A DNA stretch of 64,000 bases from Flavobacteriales bacterium (GTDB lineage: Bacteria; Bacteroidota; Bacteroidia; Flavobacteriales_D; Crocinitomicaceae): the NCBI GenBank assembly GCA_947463385.1, contig CANHSL010000003.1, positions 658 to 64,657 on the forward strand, written 5' to 3'. The notes beneath the pieces were generated by a model. That model was not told where the DNA came from. It worked only from the letters and a program-made list of their open reading frames with translations, and searched no databases. The position numbers were made by a program, and so were the translations under genes. How positions within the stretch are numbered: the first letter of the stretch is position 1; each line of letters starts with the position of its first letter. This document shows positions 48,737 through 57,883 of this stretch, piece by piece.

Positions 48737-49168
48737 ATGTACGAAATACTAAAACACACGCACTCTGGGCTACGATGGGTTGCCCTTATTTTAATCTTAT
48801 TGGCTATTTATAATTCGATTACCGCGAAAGAATTTGGAAAACGACAGAAGCTGATTAACCTTTTCTCTATGGTTAGCCTTCATACTCAGTTGATTTTGGG
48901 ATTAGTATTGTATTTTATTTCTCCACGTGTTCGGTTTTACCAAGGCTGGATGAAGGATGCCGCAGACCGTTTCTATGGAATGGAACATTTAGCCGGAATG
49001 CTCATCGCAATTGCGCTAATTACAGTTGGATATGTAAAATCTAAAAAGGGCACTACCCCTGCAGAGATTTACAAACCGATTAAACTGTTTTATATTATTG
49101 GATTGATTTTAATTCTTGCAAGTATTCCATGGCCATTTCGAGCAAATTTGGGTGGGGGCTGGTTCTAA
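48737..49168 (+). CDS. Small 4-TM membrane protein, possibly cytochrome b-like
   Basis: 143 aa. His residues lie in or near TM segments (HTHSGLRW, SLHTQL, MEHLAG). Overlaps the downstream cytochrome c gene by 40 nt. Confidence 0.65.
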   Translation: MYEILKHTHSGLRWVALILILLAIYNSITAKEFGKRQKLINLFSMVSLHTQLILGLVLYFISPRVRFYQGWMKDAADRFYGMEHLAGMLIAIALITVGYVKSKKGTTPAEIYKPIKLFYIIGLILILASIPWPFRANLGGGWF

Positions 49169-49461
49169 CAACAAGCCTTTTGCTTGCTTGTAACGAATCT
49201 GATCCTTCTGTTGAATCCTCATCCTCATCTGTACCCTCAGGTGAAGAATTATATGCATTGCATTGTGCCAGTTGTCATGGAGAATCCGGTGATTTAGGGG
49301 TGTCTGGCGCAAAAAATTTGAAAACAACCGCATTGAGCATTTCAGAAATCAAACACATTATCAAAACAGGAAAGAATGCTATGCCCTCTTTTCGTGGTGT
49401 ACTTGGCTCAGATAGCCACATTGACTCTGTAAGCCGTTACGTAACTACCTTGCATAAATAA
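49129..49461 (+). CDS. Class I c-type cytochrome lipoprotein
   Basis: 110 aa with lipobox LLLAC, heme motif CASCHG and a distal Met in KNAMPSF. Confidence 0.85.
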   Translation: MAISSKFGWGLVLTTSLLLACNESDPSVESSSSSVPSGEELYALHCASCHGESGDLGVSGAKNLKTTALSISEIKHIIKTGKNAMPSFRGVLGSDSHIDSVSRYVTTLHK

Positions 49462-50612
49462 TGGCACACGCAACCATTGATGAAATTGAAGAGCGTTGCT
49501 TGTTAGTCGCCGTAATTCATGGGGGTATTGACGAGCGATTGGCACACGAGTACTTGGATGAACTCGCATTCCTAGCTGAAACAGCTGGTGCTCGGGCAGA
49601 ATTTGCTTTTACGCAGAAGTTACCTTTTCCGAACCCAAGGACCTACGTTGGGGAAGGGAAATTGCAAGAGATTAAAGTGTATGCCGATACACATAACATT
49701 GATGCCATCATTTTCGATGATGAATTAAGTCCATCACAAATTAGAAACATCGAACGAGAACTTAACCGAAAAATCATTGATCGAAGCATTCTAATCTTAG
49801 ATATTTTCGCCAAACGAGCACGCACCTTCCACGCTAAAACGCAAGTAGAGTTGGCCCAATTACAATACATGCTTCCGCGATTAACTCGGATGTGGACACA
49901 CCTTGAACGACAAAAAGGAGGGATAGGAATGCGTGGACCGGGTGAATCTCAAATTGAGACCGACCGTAGGATTATTCAACAGCGCATTGCCTTAATGAAG
50001 GAGCGCTTGAAAGAAATAGACAAGCAAATGACCATTCAGCGAGGTAACCGCGGACAACTGGTTAGAGTAGCTTTAGTTGGATATACTAACGTAGGCAAAA
50101 GCACCTTAATGAACTTGATTTCGAAATCCGAAGTTTTTGCTGAAAATAAACTATTTGCCACACTTGATACGACGGTGAGAAAGGTGGTAATTGACAATCT
50201 ACCATTCTTACTTACAGACACCGTAGGATTTATTCGGAAGCTCCCTAAACAATTACTGGAGTCTTTTAAGTCTACGTTAGATGAAGTCCGCGAAGCAGAT
50301 TTATTGGTGCATGTATTGGATTTGTCGCATCCAAATTTTGAAGATCATTTTGAAACCGTTAATACAACCTTACAAGAAATTGACAAGGAAGAGAAACCGA
50401 CCATCATTGTATTTAATAAAATTGATTCATTAAGTGAAGAGGTTTCTTTGGATGAATTAAAGCGAACGTGGATGGCTCGTTTGGGTGGTCGTCCATGTAT
50501 TTTTATTTCCGCCGTTGACAAAACGAATATTGATGAATTAAAGCAGGTGCTTTATCATGAAGTGCAACGCATTTTCAAAATACGCTACCCGTACAACGAT
50601 TTCCTTTATTAA
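49461..50612 (+). CDS. hflX: GTPase HflX
   Basis: 383 aa with the HflX N-terminal domain and G motifs GYTNVGKSTLMN, DTVGF and NKID. Confidence 0.96.
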   Translation: MAHATIDEIEERCLLVAVIHGGIDERLAHEYLDELAFLAETAGARAEFAFTQKLPFPNPRTYVGEGKLQEIKVYADTHNIDAIIFDDELSPSQIRNIERELNRKIIDRSILILDIFAKRARTFHAKTQVELAQLQYMLPRLTRMWTHLERQKGGIGMRGPGESQIETDRRIIQQRIALMKERLKEIDKQMTIQRGNRGQLVRVALVGYTNVGKSTLMNLISKSEVFAENKLFATLDTTVRKVVIDNLPFLLTDTVGFIRKLPKQLLESFKSTLDEVREADLLVHVLDLSHPNFEDHFETVNTTLQEIDKEEKPTIIVFNKIDSLSEEVSLDELKRTWMARLGGRPCIFISAVDKTNIDELKQVLYHEVQRIFKIRYPYNDFLY

Positions 50613-50622
50613 GTAGCAGCAC

Positions 50623-50648
50623 AAAAAAAGGGGCCGAAGCCCCTTTTC
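50623..50648. terminator. Bidirectional rho-independent terminator between the convergent hflX and thioredoxin-T9SS genes
   Basis: AAAAAAA-GGGGC-CGAA-GCCCC-TTTT. Confidence 0.8.
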
Positions 50649-50666
50649 TTAAAATTCAATCATTTC

Positions 50667-52130
50667 TTATCGAACAACAACTGATTTAGTAGATGTAAAT
50701 CCGTTAGAAGCAATACGAACGATGTAGTTTCCTTTTGCCATGTTTTCTGTAGCGAAAGTTACCACTTGAGCACCATTTACGTTGCTTACTATTTGAGAAG
50801 CAATTACACGTCCTTGGATATCTAATACATCAACACTGTAATCAGCGTTCGCCGCTTCAAATGAAACATTGATTGCATCAGAAGCAGGGTTAGGATACAC
50901 ATTCATTGATGCAAAGTTCTCTTCGTTGATTCCAAGTGCTCCAGTTTTAAATGGTTTCTTTTCAGAATCACCAAATTCACTTCCACTTAACAAGGTAGCT
51001 CCTGTAGCATCAGTCACTGAATATGCACCATTTCCGTATTGACAGCAAATTCCATCACCATACGCATCAACAATTTCGAAATCATAACATTGGTTAGCAC
51101 TTAAGGTTACTTGTACTGGCGTTTGAACAGTTTGACCTGCTTGTTGTCCAGTTAAATCTGGCCAGTTACCACCACCTGAAGCTACTGTTGTTCCAGAGGC
51201 ATTTTTGATCGTCCAAGAAGTTTCAGAAGCGTAGTAATCGGTTGTAATGTTTACTGTTACATACTGAGAAGCCGCAATTAATGCTGTCGCGATGGTTGCG
51301 TTCACGTTATTGTTTGCTGCAGAAGCATCTCCAGTTGTTGTAACCGCTACCGTTAGTGCTCCACCAGTAAAGTTAGCAATTGGGGTACAAGATACGTTTG
51401 CTGTAGCATAAGTAGCTAAGCTACCAGAATATGTTCCAGTTGAAACGGTATTTCCACCTTGAGTAATGGTTACAGTAGCCGCTGTTAATGGCGAAGTACC
51501 ATTGTTCTGAATTTGAACAGACGGTGTATATGAACCTTCACAATGTGTTAAACTTCCTAGGTAAGAAAGCGCAGCAACATCTGCAGGATTCGATGCAGGA
51601 GGAGGACACTGACCTAACAATGAAGTTAAGTTAGCTACCGTTCCGATTGCTCCAGCAACACCTGATGCAACGATCACGCGGTTAGGACAAATCACATACA
51701 TTTCAGGGTAATAATCAATGGTCATTCCTGAATTCTCAAATGAAGCTTGGTTTGCTAGGTCTATAATTGGCATATTTTCTCCAGTCACCCAGTCACCTTG
51801 CGTGTTTGCTCCTGTACCATTTAAATCATTCGCATTTGTTTGCGGGTCTCCTTCAACGAAAAACACCATGGCTTGATTTGTTCCTGATGGTCCAAACTGA
51901 TTGTAGAAGTTGTTTAATGCACCTGTTCCGTGGTATGACCAACATGGCCCACACCAAGTAGCAGAAACATCAATAACTACCATTTTACCTTGGTCAAGGT
52001 AATTGAATAAAGAATGAGAGTTTCCGTTGATGTCAGTCAACGTGAAATTACTCACTACGGTACCAACTGGGGTCTGAGCATAAGCCGCAGCACCAGTAAG
52101 TACAGCTAAAGAGAATAACAATTTTTTCAT
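50667..52130 (-). CDS. T9SS-secreted thioredoxin-fold (TlpA/redoxin-like) multidomain protein
   Basis: 487 aa with a signal peptide. SATWCGPCW redox motif, a middle beta-sandwich-like region, an ETSW...YGDGICC module, and a type A C-terminal sorting domain (MNVYPNPASDAINVSF...YIVRI...KSVVV). Confidence 0.85.
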   Translation of the reverse strand: MKKLLFSLAVLTGAAAYAQTPVGTVVSNFTLTDINGNSHSLFNYLDQGKMVVIDVSATWCGPCWSYHGTGALNNFYNQFGPSGTNQAMVFFVEGDPQTNANDLNGTGANTQGDWVTGENMPIIDLANQASFENSGMTIDYYPEMYVICPNRVIVASGVAGAIGTVANLTSLLGQCPPPASNPADVAALSYLGSLTHCEGSYTPSVQIQNNGTSPLTAATVTITQGGNTVSTGTYSGSLATYATANVSCTPIANFTGGALTVAVTTTGDASAANNNVNATIATALIAASQYVTVNITTDYYASETSWTIKNASGTTVASGGGNWPDLTGQQAGQTVQTPVQVTLSANQCYDFEIVDAYGDGICCQYGNGAYSVTDATGATLLSGSEFGDSEKKPFKTGALGINEENFASMNVYPNPASDAINVSFEAANADYSVDVLDIQGRVIASQIVSNVNGAQVVTFATENMAKGNYIVRIASNGFTSTKSVVVR

Positions 52131-52174
52131 CGTGTAAATTTTAAGTTTGCGTAAATTTAATGTTTCTTTCCGAA

Positions 52175-52867
52175 ATGATAAAAAAAATTGTAGTTTTTTC
52201 TGGGGCCGGAATGAGTGCCGAAAGTGGCATTCAAACCTTTCGTGATCATGGCGGATTATGGGAACAATATCGGATTGAGGATGTGGCTACACCAGAAGCA
52301 TGGAATCGTGATCCTGAGCTAGTTACCCGGTTCTATAATGAACGAAGGAAAAAGATAATTGAAACAAGCCCCAATGAAGCACATCAGTTAATTCAGCATC
52401 TTGAATTAATTTATGATGTTTCAGTAATTACTCAAAACATCGATGACCTGCATGAACGGGCGGGGAGCAGTAAGGTACTTCACCTGCATGGTAATATTCG
52501 GTTCTCCAAATCAAGCGGTCCGAATCAAGAGGCTGCATACTACCCCATTGATTCATGGGAGTTAACGGAAGCTGACCGTTGTCCTGAAGGATATCGCTTA
52601 AGGCCCCATGTAGTTTGGTTTGGCGAAGCAGTCCCTTTGTTTGAAGTAGCAGAAAAACTGATTTCATCGGCAGATGTGGTTATTATTATTGGGACCTCAT
52701 TGCGCGTGTACCCAGCGGCAGGGCTAATTAATCATATCAAGGAAGACAGCAAGACCTATTTAATTGACCCGAATGCAAACAATCTAAACCTGCCTAATTG
52801 GATTGAAGCGGTAAGTGAATCGGCCGTAAAAGGCATGAAATCTCTTTACGAGAACCTTACTTCTTGA
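52175..52867 (+). CDS. cobB: NAD-dependent protein deacylase (Sir2 family)
   Basis: GAGMSAESGIQTFR and QNIDDLHERAG motifs. The ATG at 52175 (MIKKIVVFSGAG) is preferred over the track start at 52160. Confidence 0.93.
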   Translation: MIKKIVVFSGAGMSAESGIQTFRDHGGLWEQYRIEDVATPEAWNRDPELVTRFYNERRKKIIETSPNEAHQLIQHLELIYDVSVITQNIDDLHERAGSSKVLHLHGNIRFSKSSGPNQEAAYYPIDSWELTEADRCPEGYRLRPHVVWFGEAVPLFEVAEKLISSADVVIIIGTSLRVYPAAGLINHIKEDSKTYLIDPNANNLNLPNWIEAVSESAVKGMKSLYENLTS

Positions 52868-53603
52868 GTTGATCCTTAATGAATAGTTCTATTGCCCCCA
52901 CCATGGAAGGTGCCTTAGGATGTGGCGCAGAAACATCGAGCCTTAAGCTATTACGCAATACAGCACTGGCCGTTGTGGCTCCAAATGCAGCAATTGCGGT
53001 CGTGTTTTGCTTGAAATCTGGAAAATTTTTGAACAGCGATTCTATACCTCCAGGACTAAAAAACACCAACATGTCATAATATACATCCTCTAAATCCGAC
53101 AAATCTGCGGCAACGGTACGATACAAAACCGCTTTCGTGAAGTTAAACTTTTGATCTGACAGCGTTTCTGGTATTGAATCTCGTAAAATATCCGTACAGG
53201 GCAACAGGTATTTTTCGTTCTTATGCTTCTTCATTACATCCGCCAATTGCTCAATGGTTTGAGTGCCATGAAAAATCTTACGTTTTCGATACGCAATAAA
53301 TTTCTGAAGATATTTTGCGACCGCTTCTGAAATACAAAAATATTTCATTGATTCGGGAACTTCGAACCTGGTTTCTTCTGCAATCCTAAAGAAATGATCT
53401 GCAGCAACTTTTGAGGTTAATATAACTGCGGTATGTTCGGAGATGTTTACTTTTTGTGCTCTGAATTCTTTAGCATCTACCCCTTCTACTTTAATAAAAG
53501 GTCGAAAATCAATTTTGATTTTATACTTATCTGCCAAGTCATAATAAGGTGACTTGTCTCCATCGGGCTTGGGTTGAGAAACCAGAATACTTTTTATAGC
53601 CAA
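52857..53603 (-). CDS. hemD: Uroporphyrinogen-III synthase-like protein
   Basis: 248 aa with a Bacteroidota HemD-like two-lobe pattern. Conserved adjacency to a DUF4271 membrane protein. Confidence 0.78.
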   Translation of the reverse strand: MAIKSILVSQPKPDGDKSPYYDLADKYKIKIDFRPFIKVEGVDAKEFRAQKVNISEHTAVILTSKVAADHFFRIAEETRFEVPESMKYFCISEAVAKYLQKFIAYRKRKIFHGTQTIEQLADVMKKHKNEKYLLPCTDILRDSIPETLSDQKFNFTKAVLYRTVAADLSDLEDVYYDMLVFFSPGGIESLFKNFPDFKQNTTAIAAFGATTASAVLRNSLRLDVSAPHPKAPSMVGAIELFIKDQLKK

Positions 53604-53612
53604 AACACTAAT

Positions 53613-54272
53613 TTAATGCGTCAATAACTCCAACCAAAATGCCCCAAAAAGCTTTTTAATCAAGACTATAGGAAGCAAATACACGGTGCAAAGGTACAAA
53701 ATTATATAATACCATGAAAATCCTGATGCAGCAGCTAACAAAAAGGCGTTAACAACGCGTAATACCAATGCTAATCCCAATAACGAAAAGAAAATAATTG
53801 CCCCCCAGTCGCTGTTTGCATTAAAAACAAGAAGTGCATTTGAAATGGCTAACGAAATCCCAAAAAGAAACCAAGAAACATTACCTATACTAATGTATTG
53901 CTGGGCGATTTTCGACTTTTCATTCATACTCCAAAAAATCAAATAATCAAGATGCCAAAAAATCAAGAAAAAAAGGGCACCGATAAACCCTATAAACAAT
54001 GAAGTATTTACATAGTATGCATCTACCAAATACCAGCTAATAAAAACAAGAACTCCAATAAAGGTGTTTAGGTATAATATGGTTTTAGAAAACAGATCAA
54101 GCTGTACTCTTGATCCCAAGGTGATTTTCCTACCAGAATCCAATATAGCATAAAACAATCCCCCATAGCTCCGATAGTACGCTACCCCAAGCAAAAAAGC
54201 TTGAGAAAAAACCAAAAAAATAGCCCAATTTTCTATTAAAGGGTTCCTTAACGTTAATTCCATTCTGAACAA
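53613..54272 (-). CDS. DUF4271-like polytopic membrane protein
   Basis: 219 aa with about 6 TM segments, upstream of hemD as in many Bacteroidota (recognised from memory). Confidence 0.6.
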   Translation of the reverse strand: MFRMELTLRNPLIENWAIFLVFSQAFLLGVAYYRSYGGLFYAILDSGRKITLGSRVQLDLFSKTILYLNTFIGVLVFISWYLVDAYYVNTSLFIGFIGALFFLIFWHLDYLIFWSMNEKSKIAQQYISIGNVSWFLFGISLAISNALLVFNANSDWGAIIFFSLLGLALVLRVVNAFLLAAASGFSWYYIILYLCTVYLLPIVLIKKLFGAFWLELLTH

Positions 54273-54312
54273 AAGTAATTCTTTTAATCACGATTTCTAA
54301 ATGTCTTAATTG

Positions 54313-54320
54313 TATCTTTG
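54313..54320 (+). promoter_or_regulatory. -7 box TATCTTTG for the acyl-CoA dehydrogenase gene
   Basis: Perfect TAnnTTTG, 18 nt upstream of the ATG at 54339. It overlaps the TTG used by the ORF track. Confidence 0.45.
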
Positions 54321-54338
54321 TACCTCAAAACGAATGAA

Positions 54339-55526
54339 ATGAAAACAGATTTATACCAACATCCAGATTACTATGGACTAGATGATTTATATACTGAAGA
54401 GCACAAATTAATTCGCGATGCGGCCCGTCAGTGGGTTAAAAAAGAAGTTTCGCCAATTATTGATGAGCATTATGAAAATGCTACGTTCCCAACCCATTTA
54501 TTGCAAGGATTAGGAGAAATCGGCGCGTTTGGTCCGTATATTCCAGAACAATATGGGGGCGCCGGATTAGATCAAATATCTTATGGATTAATCATGCAAG
54601 AATTGGAGCGTTGTGATTCAGGCTTGCGCTCTACGGCTTCTGTACAAAGTTCATTGGTAATGTACCCCATTTGGAAATATGGTTCGGAAGAACAAAAAAT
54701 GAAATTTCTTCCTAAACTAGCTACCGGTGAAATGATGGGCTGTTTTGGATTAACGGAACCGGATTTTGGATCAAATCCCGGAGGGATGATTACCAACTTC
54801 AAAGAAGATGGCGACCACGTGATTCTAAATGGTGCAAAAATGTGGATATCGAATGCCCCCTTTGCTGCAATTGCGGTGGTTTGGGCAAAAGATGAAAGCG
54901 GAAGAATTCATGGGTTAATCGTAGAGCGAGGAATGGAAGGATTTTCCACGCCTGAAATGCATGGGAAATTGTCTCTTCGCGCCTCTTCTACCGGAGAATT
55001 AGTATTTGAAAATGTACGTGTACCTAAAAGCAATATTCTTCCAGGAAGGTCAGGACTTGGTGCGCCTTTAAGTTGTTTAGATTCAGCGCGATTTGGAATC
55101 GCATGGGGAGCCCTTGGCGCGGCAATGGATTGTTATGATCAAGCCGTTCGGTATTCCAAAGAACGAATTCAATTTGGCACTCCAATTGGCGGATTTCAAT
55201 TAATTCAGAAAAAATTAGCGGAAATGCTTACTGAAATAACGAAAGCGCAGTTGTTAACCTACCGATTAGGACAGTTAAGGAATGACGGTAAAGCTACCTC
55301 AGCACAGATTTCTATGGCAAAAAGAAACAATGTTGAAATTGCATTAAACATAGCCCGAGAAGCACGTCAAATTCATGGTGGAATGGGAATTACAAGTGAA
55401 TATTCTATGATGCGTCACATGGCGAATTTAGAATCTGTGGTAACTTACGAAGGAACACACGATATTCACCTGTTAATTACGGGAATGGATATTACAGGAA
55501 TTCCAGCGTTTACCCGAGAGCAATAA
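54339..55526 (+). CDS. Acyl-CoA dehydrogenase, glutaryl-CoA dehydrogenase-like
   Basis: Acyl-CoA dehydrogenase fold motifs (GCFGLTEPDFGSNP, YEGTHDIH). The start was moved to the first ATG downstream of the -7 box. Confidence 0.92.
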   Translation: MKTDLYQHPDYYGLDDLYTEEHKLIRDAARQWVKKEVSPIIDEHYENATFPTHLLQGLGEIGAFGPYIPEQYGGAGLDQISYGLIMQELERCDSGLRSTASVQSSLVMYPIWKYGSEEQKMKFLPKLATGEMMGCFGLTEPDFGSNPGGMITNFKEDGDHVILNGAKMWISNAPFAAIAVVWAKDESGRIHGLIVERGMEGFSTPEMHGKLSLRASSTGELVFENVRVPKSNILPGRSGLGAPLSCLDSARFGIAWGALGAAMDCYDQAVRYSKERIQFGTPIGGFQLIQKKLAEMLTEITKAQLLTYRLGQLRNDGKATSAQISMAKRNNVEIALNIAREARQIHGGMGITSEYSMMRHMANLESVVTYEGTHDIHLLITGMDITGIPAFTREQ

Positions 55527-55528
55527 TA

Positions 55529-57343
55529 CTATTCAGGGATTTGATCTCCGCGCAGCCTTCTAATGGATAATCGCGCCTCTTCAGAATAAATACTTCCTGG
55601 ATATTGGTCTATTATTTTTAAATAAGATTCCATAGCGGCCGAATCGTCCCTAAAATAAACTCTTTGGATGTTGGCTAAATGAAATAATGCATCATCCGCG
55701 AGTAATTCCGTAGGATAGGTACTTATAATTTGTTTAAAGTATACGGATGCTTGTTCCCATTGCCCCTGCAACTCATACGCTTTACCCTTTAAATAAATCA
55801 AATCGTCGTTCAATACAGACTGAGGGAACTTAATCGCAATCGTATCCATCCATTGAAAAGCCTCCGTATAGCGATGTTGAAGCAGTAATAACTCACTTTT
55901 AGCAAAGGCACTCATGGCTTCATAATTACTATCCAGCCCGTAGTTCTCCAAAATCAACAATGAAAGCTGCATGGCATCATTACTAATAAACTTAGACGTA
56001 GCCTGCTTCAATACATCTAGCTGAGATTGAGCATACTCAAATTCTCCATCAAAATAGAAAATACGGGCATTCTTGAATTTAGCCTCATTCCCGATGGACT
56101 CAAACTTAAACGCCTCGTCAATTTGCATGTATAATAAAGAGGCCTCCCAAACACTGTCTAAGGCAACACACACATCTGCCAATTTCATTTTATAGCGTGC
56201 ACGCTGCATATCCGTTAGGCCGGGCGTATTCATACAACGCTCAAGAAACCCTCTGGCTTTATCGGCTTTGTTGGCATAAAAACCCAAAATCTCAGCATAT
56301 TCAAGTCCGATTTCAGCCCCCGACCGAAGTGAAAACTCTTTGTTTAGTACAACCTCTTCATACGAATTAACAATGTCGTTAAGTTCTACTTCTGTGAAGG
56401 TTCGCTCCGTGGTTAATTCCGTAAAATACACATTGAGTAACATCCGCTGGGCCTCTGCCGAACGATATAAGTTCGCGCTAATCACTTCTTTAAATGCTTG
56501 CTTTGCCAATGCATACTGCAGGTTTTCAAGACAGGTATTGCCAAAATCGATTAAATACCCCCCATCACCGCGCATGCGTTTTTCTAATGAGGAGACCTGT
56601 TGGTACGCTGAGTTAAAATTCTTATTCTGTAAAAAGAACCATATTAACATCTCGGTATACACAGGATTTGAAGGGTCTTTTTGACTAGCGGAAAGAAAAC
56701 TTCCTTTTACTTGTTTAATTTCCTCCGACTCCTTTGTAAAATCAAAAATGCCATCGATTTCCAATTGAATTTGTTCCTTAAGGTCGGGTTTTTTAGATAG
56801 GGCTAGTAAGTATTGGTCTAATGCTTTAATGGTCTCCCCTTCGGCCATGTAAATTTGACCATACCACAATTCAAATGGATAATATTTCAGGTTCTTTTTA
56901 GCTTGATCTATAACTTCTTTTGCCCACGCATATTCATCAATAGAAAGTAGATTAGATAATACGTCTTGAGTCTCCTTGATGTCATAAAACTCATGCTTAA
57001 GTACTTCGTTTTTTACTTTCTTTGCTTTATCAAGCTCTTCATTATTTTTATAAAAAAAGTAAAATTGAATTTTCAGCGATAAATCTCCCGGGTTTGCTGC
57101 GGTTTGTTTTTTAAAGACTTTTTCTGCAGCTTTTTTGTCTCCTGTATTGACTAAACAATCTAAATAACGGCTGAAATACACCTTCGACGGATCGTTTGTG
57201 TAAAGCTTCTCATAATACACCACCGCCTTTGAAAATTCACCATTAAGGTAATAATGCTGTGCTAATTGAATATCCGTTTCGGTTTGCGAATATGCAACAA
57301 AGGCAATTAAGCAACAAAGGGTACAATGGGTGAGCTTATACAC
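55529..57343 (-). CDS. TPR-repeat protein
   Basis: 604 aa with a signal peptide and multiple TPR-like helical repeats. Confidence 0.8.
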   Translation of the reverse strand: MYKLTHCTLCCLIAFVAYSQTETDIQLAQHYYLNGEFSKAVVYYEKLYTNDPSKVYFSRYLDCLVNTGDKKAAEKVFKKQTAANPGDLSLKIQFYFFYKNNEELDKAKKVKNEVLKHEFYDIKETQDVLSNLLSIDEYAWAKEVIDQAKKNLKYYPFELWYGQIYMAEGETIKALDQYLLALSKKPDLKEQIQLEIDGIFDFTKESEEIKQVKGSFLSASQKDPSNPVYTEMLIWFFLQNKNFNSAYQQVSSLEKRMRGDGGYLIDFGNTCLENLQYALAKQAFKEVISANLYRSAEAQRMLLNVYFTELTTERTFTEVELNDIVNSYEEVVLNKEFSLRSGAEIGLEYAEILGFYANKADKARGFLERCMNTPGLTDMQRARYKMKLADVCVALDSVWEASLLYMQIDEAFKFESIGNEAKFKNARIFYFDGEFEYAQSQLDVLKQATSKFISNDAMQLSLLILENYGLDSNYEAMSAFAKSELLLLQHRYTEAFQWMDTIAIKFPQSVLNDDLIYLKGKAYELQGQWEQASVYFKQIISTYPTELLADDALFHLANIQRVYFRDDSAAMESYLKIIDQYPGSIYSEEARLSIRRLRGDQIPE

Positions 57344-57346
57344 AAG

Positions 57347-57880
57347 TTATTTGTATTTACCTGCTAACGAATTTAACTTCGGATGTAACAACCGATACGT
57401 ATCCATTAGGGCATTGAGTTCTTTCTTTAATTCGTTTAAACGAGATTCAAGCAATGTTATATTCTTTTTCTCTGTTGCTATATATGCGTCATATCGGTCC
57501 CTCTTTCCAAAACCATTAGAAATATCCGAATGCAATTGGGAAAGACGGGTATTCTCCTGAGCAAAAGCTTGTTTAAGCGCCACATACTGTTTGTTGATCG
57601 GTCCGATTTTTTTTCTTGCTAATTTGTAGGTATCCATGTCTTTCGCATACGTACGATCGACGGAATCCAGAACAACATGTTGCTGCAAAAACAACTGCAA
57701 TTGGATCATGTTTTGACGCATCGTTGATAAGGTGTCGGGGAAACTCGATTGGAAATCCTTTGACAAGGTTGTAGCTTCTGATGTTAACTGCTCTACTGCT
57801 TTTAGCTGTTCCTTTTGTTTAAAATCTGAACAAGCGATAAGAAAGAACAAGCCACTAAGAATGACAATTAATCTTTTCAT
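57347..57880 (-). CDS. Hypothetical coiled-coil lipoprotein
   Basis: 177 aa with lipobox FLIACS and a helical, coiled-coil composition. 3-nt gaps to serS and to the TPR gene. Confidence 0.7.
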   Translation of the reverse strand: MKRLIVILSGLFFLIACSDFKQKEQLKAVEQLTSEATTLSKDFQSSFPDTLSTMRQNMIQLQLFLQQHVVLDSVDRTYAKDMDTYKLARKKIGPINKQYVALKQAFAQENTRLSQLHSDISNGFGKRDRYDAYIATEKKNITLLESRLNELKKELNALMDTYRLLHPKLNSLAGKYK

Positions 57881-57883
57881 TGG

